Assembly: GCF_009914755.1 (NCBI RefSeq)
Contig: NC_060940.1
DNA: 64,000 nt
Direction: 5' to 3' (one strand)
Source: the human T2T-CHM13v2.0 reference genome, Homo sapiens
The stretch's first letter is position 1. Each line of letters starts with the position of its first letter. Under the pieces are notes generated by a model. The model was given only the letters and a program-made list of their open reading frames with translations, searched no databases and was not told the DNA's origin. Positions 40,185 to 53,278 of this stretch are shown here, one piece after another. The translations under genes were made by a program, and so were the position numbers.

Positions 40185-40274
40185 GATTATGTTTAAGATT
40201 AATCTTAAAATAAGATTTATAATAGAGTCATTAATAATATGCTGACCCAAAATACATTTTTACTTAAAATAGTT

Positions 40275-40700
40275 TTTTATGGACTGAATTGTGCCCCCCC
40301 AACCAGATGCTTCTGTTGAAGTTCTAACTCCTGAATGGATTTGGAGCTAGGGCCTTAAAGGAGGTAATTAAGGTTACAAAGATTCTAAGGGTGGCGCCCT
40401 AACCTGATAGGACTGATGCCTTTATAAAAAGAGGAACAGACACCAGAAATCTCAATCTCTCTCTCTCTCTCTCTCTCTGTCTCCACACACACACACCGAG
40501 GAAAGGCCATGTGAGGACACAGCAAGAAGACAGCTGTCTGCAAGCCAGGAAGAGAAGCCTCACTAGAAACCAGCCCTGCCAGCACTTTGATCTTTGATCT
40601 TGGACTTATAGCCCCTAGAACTGTGAGAAAATAAACTTCTGTTGTTTAAGTCGCTGTGTCTTGTGATATTTTGTTATGGCAGCCAAGGTAGACTAATACA
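40275..40700 (+). mobile_element. MLT1A-type solo LTR
   Basis: tatggactgaattgtgccccc...gccatgtgaggacacagcaagaag...ttgttatggcagcc...actaataca. Confidence 0.8.
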
Positions 40701-40786
40701 CACTTCTTTATTTTCTTTCATGCAAAAATGACCAATAGATTTTTGAAGAAAAAATTGTTAAGAGTTTAATAGAGAATGTATATTGC

Positions 40787-40927
40787 ACCTAATGTAGATA
40801 ACAGGTTGATGGGTGCAGCAAACCACCGTGGCACATATATACCTATGTAACAAACCTGCATATTCTGCTTTATGTATCTCAAAACATAAAGTATAGTAAT
40901 AATAATAAAAAGAACAGAAAAAAAGAG
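40787..40927 (+). mobile_element. Short L1PA (older, ~PA7-8) 3' end
   Basis: acctaatgtagat...gtgcagcaaaccac...gtaacaaacctgca plus A-rich tail. TSD agagaatgt(a/g)tattgc at 40771-40786 / 40928-40943. Confidence 0.85.
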
Positions 40928-41101
40928 AGAGAATGTGTATTGCTATGAGATGGGCTCAGACATTTAAAAATATTGGGAAACACTGATACGTGGAAGAAGA
41001 ATGCAATATATGGCCCTCCCTTGAAGAGTTTATCATTTCATTGCAGACACAAGATGTTTAAAAATAAATAGCATTTTTAAAAAATAATGAAAGCATGGGC
41101 A

Positions 41102-41705
41102 CCAGGCGCGGTGGCTCACGCCTGTAATTCCAGCACTTTAGGAGGCTGAGGCAGGAGATCACAAGGTCAGGAGATCAAGACCATCCTGGCTAACATGGTG
41201 AAACCCGGTATCTACTAAAAATACAAAAAAATTAGCCAGGTGTGGTGGCGGGTGCCTGTAGTCCCAGCTCTAGGGAGGCTGAGGCAGGAGGATGGCATGA
41301 ACCCAGGAGGTGGAACTTGCAGTGAACCGAGATTGCACCACTGCACTCCAGCCTGGGTGACAGAGCGAGACTCCGTCTCACAAAAAAAAAAAAAAAAAAA
41401 AAAAAAAGAAAGCACGGGCTGGGTGTGGTGGCTTATGCCTGTAATCCCAGCATTCTGGGAGGCCAAGGCGGGCAGACTGCTTGAGTCCAGGAGTTTGAGA
41501 CCAGCCTAGGCAACATAGTGAAACCCCGTCTCTACTGAAAAACAAAAAATTAACCTGGCATGGTGGTGTGCACCTGTAATCTCAGCTACAAGGGAGGCTG
41601 AGGTGGATCACCTGAGCCCAGGAGGTTGAGGATGCAGTGAGCTGAGATCACACCACTGCACTCTAGCCAGTACAACAGAGTGAGACCCTGTCTCAAAATA
41701 ATAAT
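41102..41705 (+). mobile_element. Tandem Alus: AluSc/Y-like (41102-41407) inserted at the 5' end of an AluJ (41418-41705)
   Basis: TSD gaaagca(t/c)gggc flanks the first Alu and overlaps the start of the second. Confidence 0.9.
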
Positions 41706-42036
41706 AAAGTACAGGGATTTATTGCAAAGTGAATAGCATTTATACAAGTAAGTGATATATTGTGTGGTACAAGTTAAGTGTTGTAGGAGTCTAAAGAATG
41801 AAGTTAGTAGGAAAAATATAGGAAAAGACTAGGGAAAAAGAAACTTTAATTTCTGTTCTTTTAAGGGTGAAGTTACGTGGGGAAGGGGAGTGCCAGCCTA
41901 GCTCAGGAAAATAATGAGTGAAAAAACAGGCAAGAGGACAGGTAATGTAGATTTGCAGAAAAGGGATGGAAAGTTAATACGTTTAAATGCTAAATAGGTG
42001 GCTTAGGTGCTATATATAGTGTCTTAGCTTGGGCTG

Positions 42037-42895
42037 TGTATTAGTCTGTTCTCATGCTGCTAATACAGACATACCTGAGACTGGGTAATTTATAAAGGAA
42101 AGAGGTTTAATGGACTCACAGTTCCACATGCCTGGGGAGGCCTCACAATCGTGGCAGAAGGCAAAGGAGAAGCAAAGGCACGTCTTACATGGCGGTAGTC
42201 AAGAGAACTTGTGCAAGGGAACTCCCCTTTATAAAACCATCAGATCTCATGAGACTTATTTACTATCATGAGAACAGCATGGGAAATACCTGCCCCCCAT
42301 AATTAAATTACCTGCCACCAGCTCTCTCCCACAACATGTGGGGATTATTACTTTAAGAGTTAAAGAAAGAGGAAAGAAATATGAAACAAGGCTTAACAGT
42401 CAAAGACAGGTTTATTTTAGAGAAAAAACCTGAGGGGGCTTCTGGCTGATTTTGGTCAGGAGCACTTTCTCTTCCCGACTAAGAGTATAAATTGGTTTTA
42501 GGGTGAGCAGGTTTATCACAAGCTTGGATGTTTCTTTGGGGGTGGGGGGAGAAGTTTATGGTGGGGTTGGAATGTTTCTATTATCTTGGCCTGACATCTT
42601 CCTGGCCAGAGGGGAGTTATCTGAGGCTAGCATCTTCCTGGCCAGAGGGGGCTTATCTTGGGGCTAGCATGTTTCTGATCAGGGAGGAGTTTGGAATGTT
42701 TCTGGTCAGAGATGTTATTTGTGGTTTATGTTCATGCTGACCTTAGCCATTAGGCTGATGCCCTTTGGATTTAGGTGGTTTTTGATTAAGGTGAATTTTT
42801 AAATGACAGTCCTTGTCCAAGATGGCGATACTCCTGCTCTGTCAATTATAATTCAAAATGAGATTTGGGTGGGGACACGGAACCAAACCATATCA
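42037..42895 (-). mobile_element. THE1 solo LTR inserted in an MLT1A LTR (42019-43207, minus), itself split by an ERV1 LTR
   Basis: tgtattagtctgttctcatgctgct...aaaccatatca, 5-bp TSD ggctg (42032-42036 / 42896-42900). Confidence 0.88.
42351..42844 (-). mobile_element. ERV1 solo LTR (MER61-like, tentative) nested in THE1
   Basis: Minus strand begins TGACAGAGCAGGAGTATCGCCATCTTGGACAAG, has AATAAA near its 3' end, and is flanked by atta repeats. Confidence 0.65.
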
Positions 42896-44385
42896 GGCTG
42901 TTACAACAAATACCAGAGAGTGTGGCTTAAACATCAGAAATTTGTTTTCTCAAGTGGGAGATTAGAAGTTCGAGATTGAGGCTCTCTTACTGGCTTGCAG
43001 ATGGCCAGCTTCTTGCTGTATTCTCACATGGTGGAGAGAAAGCAAGCTCTCTTGTCTCTTCTTCAAGAAGGGCACTAATCCCATCATGAGGACCACATCC
43101 CCCTGGCTTCACCTAAACCTAATTACCTCCCAAAGGCCCCATTTCCAAATACCATCACACTGGGGATTAGGGAATTTGGGAGGGTGGTGGGATTCAGTCT
43201 TTAGCAGGTATTGAGGAACCAGAGTACAGAAGACCATGGAAGGCAGACTGAGGCACCAGATCTGCTGCAATAAGAAATGGTCAAGAGGGAAAGAAATAAC
43301 TAAGCTTGGTTCTTACAGAGTTAGGAACAGTCGTGGCGTAGTCAAATGGAAATATCCATAGGGGAGCTGGAAATCAATGGGTGGCTAAAGTTCAGGTGAG
43401 AAAACTGAACTGAGGTAACACTCAGCCCTGTGGATTTTCAAGTACCTACTTTATTATTATTCATTATTAGCAATCATTATGATACTTAATTTAGTAGTGG
43501 AATCACTACCCAAAATTGTTAAAGCACTAGCCCTGGGGACTCTCACTTTTCATAGCTTGCCTAACACTGTGGGAGGCTGGGATCAACATGACTTTTTATT
43601 TTGAATAGGGAAGGGCATCAGCTCTGGCATCTCAATGCCTGGGTTAAAATCACCACCTACCCTGGGCTAGGAAGACACCTCTGTCCACTAGGTTGTATTG
43701 AAGATTACCAAATAAATGTAAAGTGCTTAGAACAGATTCTTGCACTTCGCTGGTATCTGACAAATGTTAGCTGCTCCAAAAAAAAAGTCCGTTCTTTTTT
43801 GGAAGATAAGGTGCTAAATTCAGACCCTCCATGAAGAGTTTTCTCTCTTCTGCTATTTCCTTTTATATTCAAAATCCTTAATAGAGCAGAAGAGGAAAGG
43901 GGAGGGGAGAGACTAAGAAGAAAAAAGGGAAAAAAGAGAAAACAATTGAGGCCAAATGATTTCATATCTGCTACAGAGAAGCTGTCGGATATATCTGCTT
44001 TCTGTCTTCAACAATTTGGACAGGTTTCAAAGAATAGAAAGAAGACAGGCTATAAAATGAATGAACACATGAATCAACACAAAGGCATTTCAAAAACATA
44101 GTATGGAATGATAAAGGCAAGTTGCAGAACAATTTTACATTGCCTTAGCATTTTTGTAATGTTTAAAAACATGTGAAACAATTCTGTTTAGTATTCATTT
44201 ATATAAATATAGTAAAAATATAAAGACGTGGATGAAGAGGATACACACCACCCTCTGAAGAGTGGTAACCTCCAGGGAGAAGGAGAGAATTCAGGATGGG
44301 AAGAAGGCATAAAATGAACACCAACTGTATCTGTAATAATTGTATTCTTTTCATTAATCTCTGATGCAATGGCAAAATGCTAGTA

Positions 44386-44725
44386 CAGATGGCCCTCTGT
44401 ATCTCTGGCTTCTACATCTGTGGATTCTGCCAATCACAGAAATATTTGGAGGAAAAAATCTATGTGGCATCTGTAGTGAACATGTACAGACTCTTTTTCT
44501 TATCATTATTCCCTAAACAATACAGCATAGCAACTAGTTGCACAGTATTTACATCGTATTAGGTATTACAAGTAATCTAGAGATGACTGAAAGTATATGG
44601 AAGGAAGTGCATTGGTTATATGCAAATACTCCACTATTTTATATAAAGGACTTGAGCATCCATGGATTTTGGTATGCTGGTAGGGAGGTCCTGAAACAAA
44701 TCCCTCATGGATACTGAGGGATGCC
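44386..44725 (-). mobile_element. MER2-like (TcMar-Tigger) non-autonomous DNA transposon
   Basis: cagatggccctctgtatc...gtaatctagagatga...ggacttgagcatcc...ggatactgagggatg, with degenerate TIRs. Confidence 0.75.
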
Positions 44726-45188
44726 TACTTTTAAAATCTAGGTAGTGAATACATGGGTGTTATACTTTTCTCTTTACTGAATGTTTGAAATATTTCCTTA
44801 AAATGTTAAACATAATAAAGGGGACTATCTGCCCCATTCCTAAATCCATTCAATCTCCCGTACATTTTAGAAATTCCTTATTTGCTCAGTTAAATTACAT
44901 GTAGGAATGATTTCCAGGAATGAGTATGCATCCTAGACTCAATTTGAAAAGAGTATAATGAATTTATTAAAGATCAGTTATGTATTTGTGTTACATTTAC
45001 ATTGCCAAAATATATTCCAGATTCCAAAACATCTAGGTTGAATGTCACACATATTATCATGTCATTGTTAGGTTTTTATTTTGTTTAATTTTATTAATAA
45101 TCAATAGTAATAGTAATACCACATTTTAAGGCAAGGGTGCTTTGTACTTTACAAACTGCTTGGGTATGCATTAAGACAGGGGATAACA

Positions 45189-45713
45189 CATTACTGGGTA
45201 TATACCCAAAGGATTATAAATCATGCCGCTATAAAGACACATGCACACGTATGTTTATTGTGGCACTACTCACAATAGCAAAGACTTGGAGCCAAGCCAA
45301 ATGTCCAACAATGATAGACTGGATTAAGAAAATGTGGCACATATACACCATGGAATACTATGCAGCCATAAAAAATGATGAGTTCATGTCCTTTGTAGGG
45401 ACATGGATGAAGCTGGAAACCATCATTCTCAGCAAACTATCACAAGGACAAAAAACCAAACACCACATGTTCTCACTCATAGGTGGGAATTGAACAATGA
45501 GAACACATGGACACAGGAAGGGGAACGTCACACACTGGGGCCTGTTGTGGGGTGGGGGGAGTGGGGAGGGATAGCATTAGGAGATATACCTAATGTTAAA
45601 TGACGAGATAATGGGTGCAGCACACCAACATGGCACATGTATACATATGTAACAAACCTGCACGTTGTGCACATGTACCCTAAAACTTAAAGTATAATTA
45701 AAAAAAAAGAAAA
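45189..45713 (+). mobile_element. L1PA 3' fragment (ORF2 end and 3'UTR)
   Basis: cattactgggtatatacccaaagg...aaacttaaagtataat followed by an A-tail. Left TSD aagacaggggataa (45173-45186) sits at a TT/AAGA site. Confidence 0.92.
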
Positions 45714-46824
45714 TGTGCTTAAGAAGGCAGTAGCTGAAAATGGAAAGAAAGAAAAACACTATTTGCCGTCTTCAAAGAGTTTGATCAATGCTAAATTAAA
45801 TAATGGAAAATCAAGTGCAAAATTTTTATCAAATACAACCAGTAGCATTTTTATAGAGTTTTTTTTTTGTAATGGGAAATTCAAAAACATAGATTCTAAA
45901 AACTAAAAAAAAAAAAAAAAAAAAAAAAAGACGGGATAAAAAATAAGATAGATTTCATTTCAGGGGCCAACTCCAACTGATTGGTGGTGGCTGCCCAGAA
46001 AGCTCTGTTGAGACACATTGTGAAGCTACATCTGGACTCAGCAGGGAGGGCAATGATCAGCTAGGGAGGTGTATCAAGGGCAGAGTGATAGAGTGGTATC
46101 CTATGTGTGTCCCATTGATATTTCACCTAATAGTTGTATAACCCTGGGCTAGGAAGACATCCCTCTCCCACCAGCTTGTATTGAGGATTACCAAATGAAT
46201 GTAAAGTACTTAGAACAGATTATTGCACTTAGCCAGTATCTGATAAATGTTAGGCTCTGGAAAAATGTCTGTTCTTTTTTGGAAGATAGGGTGCTATAGT
46301 TCTAAAATCAACCAGGAACACATTCCTTGTTCTCCTTCTACCTCTCTCACTGCTCCTTCTCAGTCTCCCTTCCCTTAGCCCTTCTATCTTAGTGCTTTCC
46401 AGAATTCTTCCTCTTTGATTCTCTTTGATCTTTACTTGTGCCACACTAATCACTGACTGGTTTCATTCTCAACCATAGCAACCTCATATGCCAATGATTC
46501 CTTCCCAGCCCCATCCAAGCCAGGTAAAATGCCTCCCCTTCATCTGCATAGCATGCACGTAGCATTGGACTCTAAGTATTCCAACTATTTGTTTATCCAT
46601 CTATCCCTGCTACTAGACCATGGGCTTTCAAAGGACAAGGCTAGATCTTATTGATCTCTGCACTCCCAGCTTCTGGCACATAGTAGCAATCAATAAATGT
46701 TTGTGAAATGAAAGACTGATTTAATGAATGGTGTCCTTATTTTGCAGAAAAGGAAACAGACTCAGAAGTTGGATTTTTCTGAAGGTTGCCTTTTCTCCAA
46801 AACCTTCCCATCTTTCCTATAGAA

Positions 46825-47045
46825 CAGGGATTGACAAAAATTCTCTGTAAAGGGCCGATAGTAAAACTTCTGTCTTTGCAGATCATAAGGTCTCTGTCAC
46901 AACCACTCAACTCTGATGTAACTGTAAGGCAGCCATAGACAATGTGTAAACAGGTGGGTGTGGCTGAATTGCAATCAAACTTTACCGCAAAAACAGGCAG
47001 TGGGCTGGATTTGGCTGGTGGATCCTTATTTGTGGAAGCTTGCTG
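46825..47045 (+). mobile_element. MER58A-like hAT element
   Basis: cagggattgacaaa...ctgtaaagggcc...gtctctgtcacaaccactcaactctg...gggctggatttggc. Confidence 0.7.
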
Positions 47046-48201
47046 TAGAATATGATAAATAGACACTCTTGCATGTCTAGTTTCTTTTTCTTTGTTGAAC
47101 ATTCTCTTGTTACCTAGCAAAAGCAGCTCAATGCTCAGTGTGTTAGAAGCCAATACTATGATACTGGGTGTTTGAGAAGAGAATGGCTTTTATTACAAGT
47201 TGACAAATGAGAAGAGAGGAGTCCAGCTCAAATCTGTCTTCCTGTGCTGGCTTCAAGGCAGTAATTGCATTAGAAACTGTTTGGGAGTGGATTCTGGGAT
47301 TAGCCGCTGGTGATTGGTGGAAGGAAAGGGGAGGTCTGGAAGGTCCTTGGGCATGCACAGTTAATGCTTTATACTTCCTGATGGGAAAGTATGCAGCGGA
47401 AATTCAGGCTATGATGTCAGCAAGCTCAGTCCATTGCCATATTGGTTCCAACTGATTTCAGATAGTTTTATTATTTTATAAGTGGAGGAAGTTTCAGAGT
47501 TCTTTCTCCCCTCCTCCCCTCCTCCCCTCCTTTTTCCTCCCCTGCCTTCCTCTCCCCACCCTTCCCTGCCTTCCTCTCCCCACTCTCTCCTCTCTCCATC
47601 TCTCTTTTTCTCCTGGAAACCTTCCATCAACGTTTAGTCATGCATAGCTCTACCATCTTGAAAGTAAGTCTCTCCTCCTCCAATTGTTGCCCTTTCTCTC
47701 GCTCTACCTCCTTCACAGTCAAAGTTCTTGATAGGGTTCTGTGTTCACTGTCTCCAGTTCATCATTCCAATAATTTCTCAACTAATGACAAATCTCCTTC
47801 TCTTCCATTATATTCCTGAAACGTTCTCCTTGAAGATCCCAAATAACTTCCTATGGTGCTACATCCAACTCAGAATTCTTTGCTCTTTACTAAATCTCTG
47901 GCACTCATCAACCCTATTGAAATGAAACATTCTCTTCCGTGGTTCTTGTGACAACATGATCTCCTGATTTTACTCCTGTGGTCATTCTCCTTTAGGCTTC
48001 TTTGTTGGCTTTGTAGACCTACAAAGAAGCCTACAGAAGAATGACCATAGGAGGAAACCATGCCCCCAACACTCTGAAGATACAGATTTTTAACAACTAA
48101 CTCTGCCTATTTGTTAAAAAACTGTATCTTCAGGGTTCTCTGCTAGGCCCTTGACTCTTAGTCTACATACTCCCCTAGGACATATCATCTCATCTCTAGG
48201 C

Positions 48202-48502
48202 TTTTTTTTTTTTTTCTTTTTTTGAGACAGGGTCTAGCTCTGTCGCCCAGGCTGGAGTGCAGTGGCTCGATCTCACCTTATTGCAACCTCCGCCTCCCAG
48301 GCTCAAGCGACCCCTCTTCAACCTCAGTCTTCCAAGTAGCTGAGACTACACGTGCACGCCACCATGCCCAGCTAATTTTTGTATTTTTTGTAGAGACAGG
48401 GTTTCGCCATATTGCCCAGGCTGCTCTTGAACTCCTAAGCTCGATACCCCTGCCTTGGCCCCCCAAAGTGCTAGGATTACAGCATAAATCACCTCACTGG
48501 GC
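48202..48502 (-). mobile_element. Alu (J/Sx-like)
   Basis: Poly(T) followed by antisense Alu; TSD catctctaggc at 48191-48201 / 48503-48513. Confidence 0.92.
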
Positions 48503-48670
48503 CATCTCTAGGCAATTTTAAATCTAATGATGATCCTCAAGTTTATTTTTCCAACCCAGAGCTCATTACTGAGGCTAGAATCAGCTGGCCAATTGCCTAA
48601 CAGAATTAGAAATCACCCCTCTTAACCTTACTCACCACATCCAGTTCCATCTTGAAAAAATAATTATCTT

Positions 48671-48971
<301 letters not shown>

Positions 48972-49738
48972 TCAACCTCACCACCCCAGCCAGCTTTCAC
49001 CTATTTATCTGCCCCATTTGCAGCAAAACTTCTTGAAAAACTTGTCTATATTTACTGCTCCAATTCCTCTCCAACTCTTTCTCTTAAACTCCCTCCAAGC
49101 CGGCTTTCAACTCGACAGCTCCAGCTCCACTGAAACACTCTTGTCAAAGTCGCCCATGACTTCTGCATTGCTAAAAACAGTGGATAATCCTCAGATCTCA
49201 TCTTACTTTGATCTTTCAGCCACAGTTGACACAGCTGATGGCATTTCTGCTTGATACCCGTCCTTCACTTGGCCTTCCAGATACCACCCTCTTCTGGTTT
49301 TCTTCCTTCCTCACTGACTTTCCACCTCAGTCTTCTTTGCTCATTCCTCCTCCTCTTCCTGATTTCTTAATACTGGAGTGAACAAAGGCTTATTCCTTGG
49401 CCTTCTTGTCTACACCCTTTGAGTGATCTCATCCACTCTCAAGCCTTAAATACCACCTGTATGTCTATGACTCCCAAATGTGTATCTTCATCCCAGACCT
49501 GTCTTCCAACTTCTAGTCTCTTAGATCCAACTGCCTATTCAACATCTCCACTGGGATGCCTTGTAAGCTTCTCAGATGGAGTTAAAATTGAATTTCAGTT
49601 CCAAACACCTCTTCCACCCATAGCCTCCCACAGTCAACTGTTTGGGACTGGAATGAGATGGTAACTCATTCTCCAAGTTGTGCAAATGCAAATCTTTTTA
49701 TCATCATATATAAAAGTTGATTCCCTTTGAATCCTTTA

Positions 49739-50130
<392 letters not shown>

Positions 50131-51228
50131 ATGTCTTCTATTGCCTTTATCCCCAAAGGACATTTATACTTTCTTTCCCCCACAGGTTTGCAGAAGTTGC
50201 TCCAAGATTGCCTGGGAATGAGTGTTGCATTCATTCTTCTTTCTTTGGCTTCTCCGTTTGTCTTTTGGTTTGTTGAATTTCATGACTGAAGTATTTGGGT
50301 TTTGTTTGGTTTTGGTTTTGGCTCTTGTCTTATTGAATTCATGTTTTTAACAATTTCCTCTGCAGCTTGAAGCAATTGCAAGAAACTTTTCCTAGGTTCC
50401 TTGGGTTATTGTTTCTTGCAGTCTTTCCTCTGTTTTATGCCTGCCATGCTTATTTAAGTCTTTGCTTTCATTGTATTCTTCTGCAAAATGCTTGCTTAGT
50501 AACCATATTGCTTCTTTTCATCTTGCTCATGCTTCAAGCAGACAGCTCTGTCCAGTTCTTCTTTTGGCTCTGACAAAAAGAAGAGTAATTATCAGTGAAA
50601 CCCTCCCAACCTTACCTGGGGTCTTTTTTCCCTTCCAGATACTATTTTAATGCAAGGGGACAGGAACTTGGAAAAAGCTTGGCAAACTTTCTGCAGCCTT
50701 TGGTATAGTACTGGGCTTACCCTCTCTTCTAAGGTTTTGGTAATGTCCAGTTTGGGGTACTCCCTTTCTCCCTCTTCTCATGGAGTGGGAGTATTCTCAG
50801 ACTTCAGATCAGTCCCCGGATTCAGCACGGGGTCCTGGGAGATGGTAACACTTTGGGGCTTTTCCTGGCTCAACTTGTATTGAGCCAGGAAATATTGAAA
50901 CCACACATAGGAGCCTCTGCACTTAAGAAGATTTCTTTGACTTTTTTCTAAGCCCCCTATTCCCAACTTTGTCTGCTTCTATCCAAATCGGGGGTATTTG
51001 GTGAGAATTTTCAAGGTTTTGAGACTCACTTACTTTTGTATCATTCTGTAGGAAGAGGGGCTACATTAAGTCACACTAAAATCTCCTGCTTTTCTTCTTG
51101 TTGGATACTTTTCAGTTTATAGCAAGAGGATCGCCTCTTTCCTTGTGTACTTGTTACTGGTAATTTTTTTAATTGGTTTATTTCATTGAGGATTGGAGGA
51201 GGGTGATTCTGGAAGCAAAAACAAATAT

Positions 51229-51232
51229 AGAC

Positions 51233-51291
<59 letters not shown>

Positions 51292-51296
51292 TAGAT
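51229..51296. repeat. Compound tetranucleotide STR AGAC(AGAT)11(AGAC)3(AGAT)2
   Basis: Read directly. Confidence 0.95.
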
Positions 51297-52681
51297 ATAC
51301 CGTCAATTTTTTTCTAGCATCCTTAGGGACAGGGTTGGCGTGAGGGAGATGAAATGCAGTGACCCCCACCAGACCCCAGAAGCACCCAGCTTCATGGCAG
51401 AGACAGTCTGTCCTCAGGGGGCTTGGCATTTTTTTTGTAAAGGGTACCTGCCCACTATACTTCTCATTCAATCTTTCTGCTGCCCTTTGTTTTCTCAGCA
51501 AGGAGTAATGCTGCTTTTCACACAGAAAGGGCTTCTACTGTGCCTGACCTTAAGACAGGAAAAGTAGGGGAGCTAAGGAAGCTACCTACACCGCCCTCAC
51601 CCCCAGTAGCCAGGCTCAGGAAGGAAGAGGCACAGCGGTGTGAATGGATGGAGAAGAGGAGGCCGGTAGGCTGAGCCCCTGGCTCCTGGAACGAACACAC
51701 AGCCATGGCAGGTAGGAAATCTGGGCTCCAACAGTGGCCCTGGGCTGGAGCAGTGAAAGGATGAAGGTGAGGTGTGGTTGGGGATCTGCAAATCTAGCCT
51801 CTCTCACTACTAAACAAGGTTTACAGTTCCCAGTGGTAGAAAGACCACATCTCAAGGAGGAATGAAAACACAGGACCTGAGCATTTGTGCTTGGAATTAA
51901 TAAGCAAATCCCATCAAACCCTTGACATCATGGATTTTGGCCTCAGAAGGCAGAAACCTTGAAAGTTCCAGTGACAACCCCTGTGCCCCTCATCTTCAGG
52001 CTCGTCTCTGTGGTGGATTGCCACCTGCACAGCGCCCTGGCATTTCCATGCACAAAATAATTGGCTGCAGAAAGTTGTCAGATGCCTTGCTGTGGGAGGA
52101 AACTACAAAAACAAACTTTATTCCATCAACTCAAATTGTTTTTTTATATTTCAAATCTGAGAGCACTGGTTCAATTTCTATTTGTCTTCTCCATGATATG
52201 CAATTGTCCTTTGCTGTATGACCAAAATGAGTTAAATGAAAATAGTTCTGTATATTTAGTAGTTAAATAGCCATTTGCTTCAAGATTTTTGGATATTTTA
52301 TGTTTCTTTCCATATCATTTCTGTAAAGAGCATAAAATTCTCCAGATTTCTTTGAAGATGGCACTGAGGCACCAATGACCCAAATATGTAGGGTTAGAAG
52401 AGCTGTGACAGCTCACTAACAATAGCTAAACTTTACTGATATTGCTAATATTCATTTTAATTAGTCAATATTAATATACCTAAACTAAGTGGAAGCACTG
52501 GGTTTATATTATCTCATTTAGTCCTCACAGCAACCATATTGTTATTATTATCTCTATTTTACAGAGGAGAATGTGGCTTGAATAGGTTCCATGACTTGTA
52601 CAAGACCACAGCTGGTACATGATGAAGCAAGGACAAGACACGGGCATCTGACCTCAAGAGTCTCTCCAATCATGAAATACC

Positions 52682-53278
52682 TGTATGAGTTATCTATTGC
52701 TGCATAACAAATTGCCCCAATATTTAGCAGCTTAGGAGCAGGATTGCTGGAATGGTGGGATAAAACTTAGTGGCTTAAAACAACATCTGTTATCTCACAG
52801 TTTCTGTGGGTCAGGAATCTGTGCATGGCTTAGCAGGGTGACTCTACCTCACCGTCTCTCATGAGGCTACTATCAAGGTGACAGGCAAGGCTGCAGCCAT
52901 CTCAAGGCTGGACTGGGGAAGGGTCCACTCCCATTCTCTCTCTTTGGTTGTTAGCAGGATTTAGTCCCTCACTGGCACTAGGCCAGAGGCCACCCTCTGT
53001 CCCTTGCCACATGGACCACTCCCCAGGGCACACACAGCAGCTTGCTTTCTCAGAGCAAGTGAACAAGAAGAACCAGAGAGAAAGAGTGTGCAAAATGGAA
53101 GTCATGGTCTTTTGTAACCTAATTTTGGAAGTGACAGCTCCTTACTATTGGCAGAGTTGATTCATTAGAAGTGAGCCACCAGGTCCAGCCCTTACTCAAG
53201 GGGTAGTGATTACACAGAGGTGTCGATACCAGTAGGTCGGGATCATTGGGAGGCATTTCAGAAGCCGCCTACCACCGC
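52682..53278 (-). mobile_element. Old MLT1 solo LTR
   Basis: tgtatgagttatctattgctgcataacaaattgcccc...acttagtggcttaaaacaac...tctgtgggtcaggaat...gcctaccac. Confidence 0.7.

Noticed and set aside
47140-47480. Possible ERV LTR fragment on the minus strand
   Set aside because: It starts with TG and has a reverse poly(A) signal, but I could not assign a family or find the other end or a TSD.
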